From: Candidatus Poribacteria bacterium
GTDB taxonomy: Bacteria; Poribacteria; WGA-4E; PCPOR2b
Direction: 5' to 3'
DNA: 64,000 nt
Assembly: GCA_965208675.1 (NCBI GenBank)
Contig: OZ242351.1
Location: 672,001-736,000, forward strand
Shown here: positions 20,633-30,560 of the stretch, piece by piece
Numbering within the stretch: the stretch's first letter is position 1
How the letters are laid out: every line of letters starts with the position of its first letter
The notes under the pieces: generated by a model
What the model was told of the DNA's origin: nothing
Seen by the model: only the letters and a program-made list of their open reading frames with translations
The model's database searches: none
Position numbers and translations under genes: made by a program

Positions 20633-21268
20633 ATGAAATCCAAGGAATCAAACCGCGGACTCATTGTTGGTGTCACGGGCGGTATCGCTTGCGGCAAATC
20701 GACGGTCTCTCAACTGCTTGCTGAAAAAGGCGCCATCCCCATCAATGTGGATGAGATTGGCCACCAGTTGCTCAGACGCGGCAGCCCAGTCATAAACGAA
20801 CTCATTGAGAATTTTGGGTTTGGCATTGTCGGCGAATCCGGTAATGTCAGCCGCAAAAAGCTAGGCGAAATTGTATTCAGCGATACGCACGCACGCGAGC
20901 GGCTGAACGGCATCTTACACCCGCTAATCATACAGCAATCGCGCGCTGAAGCAAGACGGCTTGCAGCAGAATCTCCAAGTTGTGTTGTCCTAATCGATGC
21001 ACCGCTACTCATTGAGGCAGGTGCGCAAGACACAGTAGACTTTATTGTTGTGGTCACAGTTTCCCCGGAGATCCAGCTCGAACGACTGTTGAATCGAAGC
21101 GCGGCTGAAAACAGATTACTTAACCGAGCTGACGCACAGGCGAGAATTGATGCACAGATGCCATTATCCGAAAAAATAAAATTTGCCGATTTTGTTATTG
21201 AGAACAACGGTACGATCGACGCGTTGCGGCAAAAGGCAAATACGTTGTGGTTGATGCTCAGTAGATAG
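20633..21268 (+). CDS. coaE: Dephospho-CoA kinase
   Basis: GVTGGIACGKST, LNGILHP, DAPLLIE, RIDAQMP. Confidence 0.95.
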   Translation: MKSKESNRGLIVGVTGGIACGKSTVSQLLAEKGAIPINVDEIGHQLLRRGSPVINELIENFGFGIVGESGNVSRKKLGEIVFSDTHARERLNGILHPLIIQQSRAEARRLAAESPSCVVLIDAPLLIEAGAQDTVDFIVVVTVSPEIQLERLLNRSAAENRLLNRADAQARIDAQMPLSEKIKFADFVIENNGTIDALRQKANTLWLMLSR

Positions 21269-21506
21269 CCGCCTTATTTTTCAGCACGGGAATGTACTCT
21301 CTTCAACTTTTCTCTGCTTAAACTGCGCCAACACCGTCTTCGAACGGGTTGCATCTGTCAGTAACATCGCATTTTGCTGTTCAGGCACCGGGTTCAGTGT
21401 ATGTTACGAACTTTTCGGACATAGCGTCCCTTTTCGCGCGGGAAGACTTCTTTGGCGAAGGCAATATTGAGCACACTCCGTACTGGGTGAACAGCGGGGG
21501 TTAAAC

Positions 21507-23075
21507 ATGAGGCATCGGTCCACAAGTGAGATTTATGATGCAATTGTCATCGGCAGCGGTTTTGGCGGATCGATGGTTGCGCACAGTTTGGTTCATGCCG
21601 GATTAAATGTGCTGATGCTTGAGCGCGGCGATTGGGTGCCGCGCAGCCCGCAGAATTGGGAGCCCAACGGCACCGTATATTTTACTCCATTCTACACAGA
21701 CGAAACACCATATCGTGTGTTAACCGATGGTACGAGCGATGTAATGGGTGCGTATAGTTGCGTTGGCGGGCCTTCGGTGTTCTATGGCGGTGTATCGATG
21801 CGCTTTCGTGAGGCCGACTTCGACGCGTCCCCTGAAATCGTCGGCAACTCGGATGCGCGGTGGCCATACTCTTATGCTGACTTGGAACCCTATTACACAC
21901 GCGCTGAACAGATATTAGACGTTGCCGGTGAAGTTGGGCGAGATCCAACCGAACCGGCACGAAGCGCGCCATATCCGCAGGCGCTTGATAAGCTTTCGTA
22001 CACCTCGCGTCTTATTGAACAAGCATCGACCGATCTTAGATTAAACCCGTTTCGCCTCGCTTTGGCGATTAACTACTCTGCTGACGGAAATCGACAGCGG
22101 TGTATTTCTTGTACTACATGTGACACGTTCGCCTGCGCAATTCAAGCAAAAAATGACTTGGCAACCTGTGTCCTGCCAGATTTGATAGAAAAGGGGCTTG
22201 ACCTTAAGCCAAACGTGGTTGTGACTCGGTTGGTTCGTGATGGAAATCGGCTAGTCGCACTTGAATGCTACGACAAGCAGACAGATGAAAAACACCATTA
22301 CCGCGCTCAATTTTTCATTCTTTCTGCGGGCGCCCTAGGGTCGCCGCATTTAATACTCGCGTCTGAGCTAAACCGTGTTAATCCTGGCGGCCACACCATT
22401 GGCCGTTATCTGATGCGCCACTGCAGCGCCATTGTGTTTGGGTTCTTTCCGTCCCGCCCCAACAAGGCGGAGCAGTTCCACAAACAGATTGGCATTCACG
22501 ATTTCTATTTCGGGCACCCGAACATAAAAAGCCCCTACGGCAAATTGGGGAGTATCCAGCAGTTGCAAACACCGCCCGTGGGGTTGGTTAAAGAGGCTTT
22601 GCCAACACCACTCGGCCACATTCTAAGCATAGGTGTTAACCATCTGACCGGACTTCTGGTTATGGCGGAGGATAAACCCCAATACAAAAACCAAGTCACT
22701 ATCAACCGGCGTCGAATGGATCGCTTTGGCCTCCCGCAGTTACTTGTTACCCACGGCTATGCTAACAGGGATAGCGCTGCCCGTGACACACTTATCCGGA
22801 GCGCGAAGCAAATTTTCCGAAAAGCTGGCGCGTGGTTCTGTTACGTTCACAAAATCAATACCTTCTCTCACGCTGTCGGCACTGTCCGCATGGGAATCGC
22901 ACCTCATGTATCTGCCCTTGGCACGTACTGCCAATTTCGCGGTGTTAGTAATTTGTACGTCGTGGACGGCAGTTTCATGCCCACGTCGGCAGGTTTGAAC
23001 CCAAGCTTGACTATAGCCGCCAATGCCTTACGCGTTGGCGATCATATCACAGGCATTTCTTCTGAGACAACCTGA
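21507..23075 (+). CDS. GMC family oxidoreductase
   Basis: IGSGFGG, VGGPSVFYGG, CxxCxxC, HAVGTVRMG, NPSLTIAANA. Confidence 0.9.
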   Translation: MRHRSTSEIYDAIVIGSGFGGSMVAHSLVHAGLNVLMLERGDWVPRSPQNWEPNGTVYFTPFYTDETPYRVLTDGTSDVMGAYSCVGGPSVFYGGVSMRFREADFDASPEIVGNSDARWPYSYADLEPYYTRAEQILDVAGEVGRDPTEPARSAPYPQALDKLSYTSRLIEQASTDLRLNPFRLALAINYSADGNRQRCISCTTCDTFACAIQAKNDLATCVLPDLIEKGLDLKPNVVVTRLVRDGNRLVALECYDKQTDEKHHYRAQFFILSAGALGSPHLILASELNRVNPGGHTIGRYLMRHCSAIVFGFFPSRPNKAEQFHKQIGIHDFYFGHPNIKSPYGKLGSIQQLQTPPVGLVKEALPTPLGHILSIGVNHLTGLLVMAEDKPQYKNQVTINRRRMDRFGLPQLLVTHGYANRDSAARDTLIRSAKQIFRKAGAWFCYVHKINTFSHAVGTVRMGIAPHVSALGTYCQFRGVSNLYVVDGSFMPTSAGLNPSLTIAANALRVGDHITGISSETT

Positions 23076-23079
23076 CACC

Positions 23080-24051
23080 ATGGCACCAGATAAAGATTCG
23101 TCGGCGAGACTGAACCTGGCTTTTTTGGGATGCGGCTTTGCAACGCGGCTCCATAGTAAGACACTGTCGGGTTTCAAACACGATTTTCGGAGGTTTTACG
23201 CCAGCCGCGATGGTAAAAAGGCAGATTTTTATAACCGGCGATACAAAGGGAACGGTTTCTTTGGTTCGTATGAAGCAGCCATTGCAGATGAAAGGATCCA
23301 GGTGGTTCTTGTTGCAACCCCACCGGCTTTACACCTGGACCTTACGTTAACAGCCATGCGCGCGGGAAAGCATGTCATCGTGGAAAAACCTGCATTTCTA
23401 CACGCCGCTGAATTTACGGGTGTCCGCCAAGCACAAGCCGCGACGAAACGACGCGTCTTTGTGGCGGAGAATTACTTTTACAAGCCTCTCGCCGTCAAGC
23501 TTCGAGAACTAATCTTATCTGGGATTATTGGAGATGCGCTTTTCGTGCACGTTAATGCGCTCAAGCACCAAGCGGCCAACGGTTGGCGCAGCGATGCTGA
23601 ATTAGCCGGAGGCGGAGCTATGTTCGAAGGGGGAATCCACTGGATTAACTTTGCCGCCAATTTAGGGTTAACAGTGGAGGCCGTTCGCGGATTTCGCGCA
23701 GGGGTGCGGGAAGGGTTGGACAAGAGTATGCTTGTTGCCATTAAATACGCCGAAGGAGCGGTTGGAGCGCTGCATTATTCTTGGGAAATTCCGTCGTTAT
23801 TTAAAGGGTTGCGATTATCTAGAATATTTGGCCGTAAAGGATCTATCACGTTCGAATCCAACGGGCTGTTCATCGCCGTCAACGGCGCGCGAAAACGTCT
23901 TATCATTCCCAACCTCACCGATATCGCAGGCTACAAGGCCATGTTCCGGGATTTTTCTTACGCCATAAGAAACGGGAAGGAAGCTCAAATGAATCTTGAC
24001 TTGGCGGAGAGAGATTGCGCCCTAATTGATACAATCTGCAAATCAATATGA
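23080..24051 (+). CDS. Gfo/Idh/MocA oxidoreductase
   Basis: LGCG, ATPP..H, GKHVIVEKP, GGGAMFEGGIH. Confidence 0.9.
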   Translation: MAPDKDSSARLNLAFLGCGFATRLHSKTLSGFKHDFRRFYASRDGKKADFYNRRYKGNGFFGSYEAAIADERIQVVLVATPPALHLDLTLTAMRAGKHVIVEKPAFLHAAEFTGVRQAQAATKRRVFVAENYFYKPLAVKLRELILSGIIGDALFVHVNALKHQAANGWRSDAELAGGGAMFEGGIHWINFAANLGLTVEAVRGFRAGVREGLDKSMLVAIKYAEGAVGALHYSWEIPSLFKGLRLSRIFGRKGSITFESNGLFIAVNGARKRLIIPNLTDIAGYKAMFRDFSYAIRNGKEAQMNLDLAERDCALIDTICKSI

Positions 24052-24159
24052 TGCGTAAATTTAACATTGTTTATGTTTTACTACAAATGGCACGTTAGAA
24101 ACAACGACTACACTTGCCAATAGAGTTTAGTTTATAAATCGGAGGCAAATTTACTGACT

Positions 24160-24981
24160 ATGAATTTACTAACCGCGCTGGTAATCGGCTTGATGGCAGG
24201 TGCGCATTCCGCAACCTGGGGAATGTATAAGGATGCCATCTACGAGGGTTTCACATACAGGAAATATTTCCGAAGTATCATATTAAGCGGCCTCATCGCC
24301 ATCGTTTTTGAGCGCGTTACAAATCTCGACGTAGTGCAGCCGGCGAATATGGTTATCCTCTACGGCATGACCTATGTCATCGAACGCGGAATTCTTGAAT
24401 TCTACAAGACGTTCCTGAGAGAAGAGGACCAATCCAAGTATTTCATTCCGATGCAGTTTCATGTGGGGGGGAAAGTTGTACACAGCCAGTGGCGGCGATG
24501 GTTGACGGGTGGGGCTTACGCAATTGGTGTTGCCTTAGCTATTATGGGTATCATGGCTTTGCAGGACGTGAGTTTAAATCTTCCTAGCGTGGTCATCGTC
24601 CTATTAATAGGCAGTGTCGGCGGGTGGATTTCAGCTTTTGGCGGCGCCTGGAAAGATGCGCCGTTGGAAGGTTTTGAATGGCTTAAATTTTTCCGCAGCC
24701 CAGTTATTGCATCTCTATATGCGCTGCTCATCGCCTGTTTTACGAACGACTACCTGTATATCTCTATGGGTGCGCTCGGTTACACGGTCGGTACTATCGA
24801 AACCTACAAGACCTTCTTTTTCCCAAACAAGCCCCGCGGAAAATTCGCGGGAAAAACAATACAATTCCCTGAGATGCTTAAAAAGAGATACAATTTTGTG
24901 CCCCTATTCGTGGCTATCTGGTTAGCCGTAATCACAACCTGTGTTATTGCGTTAATCCAGCCCAGAACTGGACTCATTTGA
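24160..24981 (+). CDS. Integral membrane protein with internal duplication
   Basis: GMYKDAIYEGFTYRKYFRS and GAWKDAPLEGFEWLKFFRS; E.YKTF repeated. Confidence 0.75.
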   Translation: MNLLTALVIGLMAGAHSATWGMYKDAIYEGFTYRKYFRSIILSGLIAIVFERVTNLDVVQPANMVILYGMTYVIERGILEFYKTFLREEDQSKYFIPMQFHVGGKVVHSQWRRWLTGGAYAIGVALAIMGIMALQDVSLNLPSVVIVLLIGSVGGWISAFGGAWKDAPLEGFEWLKFFRSPVIASLYALLIACFTNDYLYISMGALGYTVGTIETYKTFFFPNKPRGKFAGKTIQFPEMLKKRYNFVPLFVAIWLAVITTCVIALIQPRTGLI

Positions 24982-25122
24982 GTCAGGCGATGCCTATCAG
25001 AATTTGTTTGTTGCGCGGGTGATTCAGTTTTTGGTTAACGTCCTCCTGAAAAAAAACGCCTAATTATAACAAGTCAACTGGAAATGACCATTGGGAATCA
25101 AGGTGTGCGGCGGTGTATGCTG

Positions 25123-26541
25123 CTACTTGGCTATAGACGGAATGCGTTTCCATAACCCTGTCGCTTGTTCAAAGGCGTGAGCCAGTTGCAGCACGCCAAA
25201 GTCATCTTGGTGCCGCCCTACAATCTGCACGCCCACTGGCAAGCCTTCCGGTGTGAATCCACATGGAACAGAGATGGCGGGCAGACCCGTAACGGTTACA
25301 TAATAGCATGATTTCATCCAGTCAATGTAGGTTTCCATTTTAACACCGCCAATTTCTGTTACATATCGTTGTGTCACGTCAAACGGCGGTACTTGGTTCA
25401 CAGGGAGAATCAGAAACTCGTAGGTATCCATGAATTGCCGAACGCGGTGATAAATCTCAGTCTGTTTAAGTTCGGCCCATCCAATTTGCGGGCCGCTCAA
25501 CTTCTTCCCTTCTTCGGTATTCCAGACGATTGTGTCCTTCAATTGGCCGCGGTGGGTTTTCAGCAAGCCGCTATAGGCAAGTTCAAAGCGCCACGCCCGC
25601 CATATCTTGAAGACTTCATCCGCATCGGTGAAATCGGGTTCACCATCTTCGACTACGCAGCCCAAGTCTTCAAACACGCTGCGCTGACAATTAATCGCGT
25701 ATGCTACGCGTGCATCTATTGGCAGCCCGCCAAAATCATTGCCCCAGGCGATGCGCACGCCCGAAAAATCGCGTGCTAAGGGACGAGCAAACCGACTGCC
25801 CGGCTCAGCGACGGCGATTGGCGATCGCGCATCCGGCCCGGCGACAGCGCTCAATACAAGTGCAGCATCTTCGACTGTTCTTGCCATTGGCCCTTGTACT
25901 GTAATTGGGAACCAGCCTGTTAAGTTGGGCCAAATTGGCACTCTGCCGGGGGAGGTGCGAAAACCAACGACATTACAGAAGTTGCCCGGAATTCGCAACG
26001 AGCCGCCCATGTCGCTGCCGTCCGCGATTGGAAGCATCCTGCACGCTAACGCCGCGGCTGCGCCACCGCTGCTACCGCCGCAGGTCTTTGAGGTGTCGTA
26101 GGGGTTTAGCGTTTCTCCGAACACTTCGTTATAGGTCTGTGCTCCTGCGCCGAATTCGGGAGTGTTAGTTTTACCGATGGTGATTGATCCGGCTCTCTTC
26201 AACCGCTCCACAATCAGCGCGTCCTCGTCCGGAACAAAATCCTTAAAAATGGGAGATCCGAAACTTGTGCGGATACCTTGAGTTTCAAATAGATCTTTAT
26301 GCGCTATCGGTAGTCCATGCAATTCGCCCGCCGTTTCACCGCGTGCCAGTGCCTCATCGGCGGCGATAGCCTGTTCAATCGCTTGTTCGGGCAACAAAGT
26401 AACTATCGCGTTTACTTTAGGGTTAACACGCTCAATTTGCGCTAAATGGGCTTCCATCACCTCTTTGGCCGATACATCTCTTGCCCGAATACGGCGGCAC
26501 AACTCGGAGGCTGTCATAAAGCAAATGTCTTGGTGGGGCAT
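25123..26541 (-). CDS. Amidase signature family protein
   Basis: HKD, GKTNTPEFG, GGSSGG, SDMGGSLRIP. Confidence 0.95.
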   Translation of the reverse strand: MPHQDICFMTASELCRRIRARDVSAKEVMEAHLAQIERVNPKVNAIVTLLPEQAIEQAIAADEALARGETAGELHGLPIAHKDLFETQGIRTSFGSPIFKDFVPDEDALIVERLKRAGSITIGKTNTPEFGAGAQTYNEVFGETLNPYDTSKTCGGSSGGAAAALACRMLPIADGSDMGGSLRIPGNFCNVVGFRTSPGRVPIWPNLTGWFPITVQGPMARTVEDAALVLSAVAGPDARSPIAVAEPGSRFARPLARDFSGVRIAWGNDFGGLPIDARVAYAINCQRSVFEDLGCVVEDGEPDFTDADEVFKIWRAWRFELAYSGLLKTHRGQLKDTIVWNTEEGKKLSGPQIGWAELKQTEIYHRVRQFMDTYEFLILPVNQVPPFDVTQRYVTEIGGVKMETYIDWMKSCYYVTVTGLPAISVPCGFTPEGLPVGVQIVGRHQDDFGVLQLAHAFEQATGLWKRIPSIAK

Positions 26542-26772
26542 GGTGTTTTCGTTTCACTCTCACGATTATTCAATTTACAGATTTCAAGACTAAACCTCGC
26601 CGCATCGCGTGAGGCAGGTTCGAAACATCCTCAATAGGCTGCTAGTTGTCCGGCACACACCTAGTTCTGCGGTAGCTTAGCAGAAGTCATTATACCCGTC
26701 AACCCAAATCACTCCGATTGCCGTGACACTAAGCGGAGTGTTAATGATACGACTTCGGCGGATAAATTAATC

Positions 26773-26801
26773 TTGATATACATTGGGCGTTGTGATAAAA
26801 T
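26773..26801 (+). promoter_or_regulatory. metG promoter
   Basis: TTGATA-17bp-TAAAAT with TG extended -10. Confidence 0.7.
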
Positions 26802-26878
26802 AGTAGGGTTAAGGAAAATCATTAATTTGCAGGTTGGTTAACAAGTTAATCACGCAATCTCAATCCGGATTATTCTCA

Positions 26879-26926
26879 ATGAAGCGCTTTGCCTTTCTTT
26901 CCAATATGTGCATGTCCATGTGTTGA
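26879..26926 (+). CDS. Putative Met/Cys-rich attenuator leader peptide MKRFAFLSNMCMSMC
   Basis: ATG..ATG TGC ATG TCC ATG TGT TGA inside the metG leader, 8 nt before the antiterminator arm; RBS weak (GGA). Confidence 0.65.
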   Translation: MKRFAFLSNMCMSMC

Positions 26927-26995
26927 AGTTAAAGTGATAGCGGGCGTGCCACAAATTGACTTGGGATTAGCTGTAACATTTTCTTTGTAGAATCG

Positions 26996-27028
26996 CCTAT
27001 TATCACCGCGGTGATAATAGGTTTTTTT
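26996..27028 (+). terminator. Attenuator terminator in the metG leader
   Basis: Perfect dyad CCTATTATCACCGCGGTGATAATAGG + T7, 26 nt before the metG ATG. Confidence 0.85.
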
Positions 27029-27054
27029 GTTTCAGTCGAAAGGTACACAGGTTC

Positions 27055-28947
27055 ATGGGTAAATTCTACATCACAACACCAATTTACTACGTTAATGCGG
27101 AGCCGCATGTCGGTCATGCTTACACAAGTATCGCTGCCGATGCGCTAGCACGGTATCATAGCCTCAAAGGGGACGATGTGTTCTTTTTAACGGGTGTGGA
27201 TGAACACGGTGCAAACATTGAAAAAATCGCGGCTGAAAATGGGGTGTCGCCGCAGCAATATTGTGATCGGATAGCACCGACCTTCACAAACCTTTGGAAG
27301 AAGCTAAATATTTCATACGATATTTTTCTCAGGACCACCAGCGAATTGCACAAACGCGGCGTGGCGAAACTCCTCACTAGTCTTCATGAATCCGGAGATA
27401 TATATAAAGACAAGTATGAGGGATATTATTGCCGCCCGTGCGAAAGTTTCTACATGGACAAAGAACTCGGCGAAGAAAAGGCATGTCCCGTACACCAGTT
27501 GCCTGTGGAATGGGTTGAAGAAGAAAACTACTTTTTCGCGCTGTCGAAATACGAAAACCGGCTGCTGGATCATATTAACGCCAATCCGGAATTTATTCAA
27601 CCCGATAGCCGGCGTAATGAAATCCTTAGTGCAATTGAGTCTGGCTTGAAAGATGTTAGCATTTCACGGGCATCCGTATCGTGGGGCATTCCATTGCCAT
27701 TCGACCCTACTCACAATATCTATGTTTGGATTGAGGCGTTGTGCAACTATATCACAGCGCTCGATTATCATGAGACCGGCGAAAAATACCGCAAGTATTG
27801 GCCTGCCGATATACATCTAATGGGGAAAGAGATTACCCGCTTTCACGCTGTTATCTGGCCCGCAATGTTAATGTCTGTCAACCTACCGCTGCCCAAGCAG
27901 GTTTTCGGACACGGTTGGTTGACCAAGGACGGAAAACGGATCAGCAAAACAACAGGAAACATTATTGATATGGATGCGCTGATTGACGAGTTTGGGTTGG
28001 AAGCATTTCGATACTATATGATGCGTGAATTCAGTTTCGGCAACGACGGCGACTTTCGGCGCGATCGGTTTGTGTTGAGGTATAACGCCGATCTGGCTAA
28101 CGATCTTGGCAACTTGCTCAATCGCACACTAGGACTTGTCTCCAAGCATTTCGGCGTCATTCCCAAGCCTTCGACGCCCGGTGAATTCGACAGCGAAGTT
28201 AAACAGACAGCTAGGGAAACAGTAAAGGAGGTCGAATCCCTCATGAGCCGCCGTGCGTTTGATGCCGCGTTGGAAGCCATCTGGGAGTTTGTGCGCCGTG
28301 TTAACCGGTATGTGCAGCAGACGCAGGTTTGGACACTAGCGAAATCAGAGGAAGACAAAGGACGTATGGGAACTATCCTATATAATAGCTTGGAAGCCCT
28401 TAGAACGGTTGCCGTTCTGATTTCACCGTTTATGCCGGACACCGCAAATCGTATCCGCCAGCAGATGGGGCTCGACGAAAGTTCCAATGCTCAGGGATTA
28501 GATACAGTCGCGCAGTGGGGTGGATTACCGTCGGAGATACCAATTCGGAAACCACAGCCAATATTTCCACGAAAGGATTCGAAATCGTTGCAAAGCGAAA
28601 GTGCAGAAGGAACTGAAGACGCTAACCTTGTTTCGTTCAAAGATTTCCAGTCGTTGGACCTGCGTGTTGCGGAAGTTATTGCTGCAGAACCCGTTCCTAA
28701 CGCTGACCGGCTGCTAAAACTGCGAGTCAGTATCGGCGGCGGGGAGCGGCAAGTCGTCGCCGGCATCGCCGAACACTACACGCCGCAGGATCTAATCGGG
28801 AAGCTGGTGATACTTGTTGCAAACTTAGAACCCGCTACTATCCGCGGAATCAAATCTCAAGGGATGTTGCTTGCAGCCGCCGATGGAAATGACCTAGCAA
28901 TCGCGACGATTGAAAAGGCGCTGCCGCCGGGGACACGGGTAAGCTAA
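27055..28947 (+). CDS. metG: Methionine--tRNA ligase with C-terminal tRNA-binding domain
   Basis: YITTPIYYVN, HVGH, CxxC..CPVH knuckle, RISKT (KMSKS position), C-terminal OB domain. Confidence 0.97.
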   Translation: MGKFYITTPIYYVNAEPHVGHAYTSIAADALARYHSLKGDDVFFLTGVDEHGANIEKIAAENGVSPQQYCDRIAPTFTNLWKKLNISYDIFLRTTSELHKRGVAKLLTSLHESGDIYKDKYEGYYCRPCESFYMDKELGEEKACPVHQLPVEWVEEENYFFALSKYENRLLDHINANPEFIQPDSRRNEILSAIESGLKDVSISRASVSWGIPLPFDPTHNIYVWIEALCNYITALDYHETGEKYRKYWPADIHLMGKEITRFHAVIWPAMLMSVNLPLPKQVFGHGWLTKDGKRISKTTGNIIDMDALIDEFGLEAFRYYMMREFSFGNDGDFRRDRFVLRYNADLANDLGNLLNRTLGLVSKHFGVIPKPSTPGEFDSEVKQTARETVKEVESLMSRRAFDAALEAIWEFVRRVNRYVQQTQVWTLAKSEEDKGRMGTILYNSLEALRTVAVLISPFMPDTANRIRQQMGLDESSNAQGLDTVAQWGGLPSEIPIRKPQPIFPRKDSKSLQSESAEGTEDANLVSFKDFQSLDLRVAEVIAAEPVPNADRLLKLRVSIGGGERQVVAGIAEHYTPQDLIGKLVILVANLEPATIRGIKSQGMLLAAADGNDLAIATIEKALPPGTRVS

Positions 28948-29035
28948 AACGCCGCGGCTCAAGCTTTTTTGCGAAGAGTACTGAGAGGTAAATGAGGCTC
29001 ACGCAGACCGTATATAGATTGGAAAACCATTAGGA

Positions 29036-29398
29036 TTATCCCTTTTCTCTCACCTGTGCATCGTATACCAAGAATTCGATAATCTTTTCCGCAGTTTTGG
29101 GGGTTAACCCTGAACCGGGTTTTCTCATCATTTTGAGGACATATTTCCGCCACTCTTCGCCGATGAATCTTGAGTTGATTGGACGAGCAAGCGTATGACA
29201 CCGGCTGCATTTCCGCGCGAACAGTTGGTAGTATTCCTGCATCTTTAAGGGATAGTCAGAAACTTCAATGAAATTCGGCCCGTTATCCGATGCGAAAGTC
29301 CTCGGATTTGTGTTCGACATATTCACAAAAACTACTGTGATTACCCCGATTAAACCCAAAATAATCAATACGGAGATCCAAACGACCGGTTCGCGCAT
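29036..29398 (-). CDS. Membrane-anchored monoheme c-type cytochrome
   Basis: N-terminal TM, CSRCH, W..YVLKMMRKPGSG (possible Met ligand). Confidence 0.8.
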   Translation of the reverse strand: MREPVVWISVLIILGLIGVITVVFVNMSNTNPRTFASDNGPNFIEVSDYPLKMQEYYQLFARKCSRCHTLARPINSRFIGEEWRKYVLKMMRKPGSGLTPKTAEKIIEFLVYDAQVREKG

Positions 29399-29616
29399 CA
29401 GGCTTTATCGCTCAATTAGTCATGCAAGGGTTGGGGTTTTTAGCTTCGCGCCCAATACTGTTGTTTGGGCTTGAATTGTGGCGGGTTATGGAAGGGAAAT
29501 TCTGAACTGATTTCTTGATGTCTACTACCTAGATCGTCACGTAGCAATAACCTCTAGCTACATTGAGGCCATTTCGTTCATTCCGCCGGCGCCGAATTCG
29601 CTGCGCTTGATAGGTC

Positions 29617-30408
29617 CTATATGGAAGTCGCATCTTGCCGCCCTGAGATTTCATGTAACTGACGATTTTCCAATTCTAACTGCCTGATTCGATCGTCCAT
29701 GGCACTTATGCGTGATTCTTGGTCTTGCAAGGTGTTCTTCATTGTCAGGAATTCTTGCTGCAGCTGCTCAACATAGGTTACCAAGTTAGCGACTATATCG
29801 CTGAGTTTTTGAGGAGTCTGATCGCTTGGGGTTTGTGAGGCGGGCTCAACGCTGTGAGCGGTCGATTTGGACACCTCAGCCTTCGCGTCGATAAGTAGTT
29901 GCCTCGTCCTACTTGCCGGTTTGGGTGCCGGCGTTATCGTTGAGCTTTCGTGTTGACGCGCAGGTGGACGGGTTGATGGGGAAAACAATTCGGACGAAGA
30001 TTGCGAGGTTAGGCTTTTGTTGGGGAAAACGCGAGGAAATACACCTTGTGATAGAATTTCATAAGCGCCGGACTGCAATTCCTTATCTTCAAAGTAGGTT
30101 ACACTCACTTTAATCTGTTGTTCAATCTGTAATTTAAGAAGCCGAGTCGTGATATTCCATATCACAGTGTCGTTGTTTCCCGTGGTTTGACCGCTTCTCC
30201 AACGGTTCAATTGACGGAGGTAACTTGTTATTACATGCGGATCGGCGACCTCCCTTACAATTGGTTCTGCCGCCAACACACCATCGCCTTTAGACATCGG
30301 TTCAACAATCGACATCGGGATATTCCCTGTATCGGACTGAATCTTGAATATCCATTTTGTTTCTGCCGCTCTCTTACAAGAAACGATAAATTGGTAACGA
30401 ATTGCCAT
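29617..30408 (-). CDS. Hypothetical protein with Pro/Ser linker and C-terminal coiled coil
   Basis: Long ORF, heptad-like C-terminus; start uncertain. Confidence 0.6.
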   Translation of the reverse strand: MAIRYQFIVSCKRAAETKWIFKIQSDTGNIPMSIVEPMSKGDGVLAAEPIVREVADPHVITSYLRQLNRWRSGQTTGNNDTVIWNITTRLLKLQIEQQIKVSVTYFEDKELQSGAYEILSQGVFPRVFPNKSLTSQSSSELFSPSTRPPARQHESSTITPAPKPASRTRQLLIDAKAEVSKSTAHSVEPASQTPSDQTPQKLSDIVANLVTYVEQLQQEFLTMKNTLQDQESRISAMDDRIRQLELENRQLHEISGRQDATSI

Positions 30409-30560
30409 CGCGTATATTTCCAATTAAGTAAGACAGGGGACTACTAGTCAGATTCGACGCCAACAACCTCCGAGCCGCAGGACACCATCAAGTTGCAACA
30501 TTGTCTTTACCAAAGCAATGTAAATCTACGCTCGCACGATATTTTCGCCCGATTATTACG

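Noticed and set aside
27001-27016. TATCACCGCGGTGATA resembles the lambda CI/Cro operator consensus
   Set aside because: 16 bp rather than 17, no phage context, better explained as a terminator stem with U7
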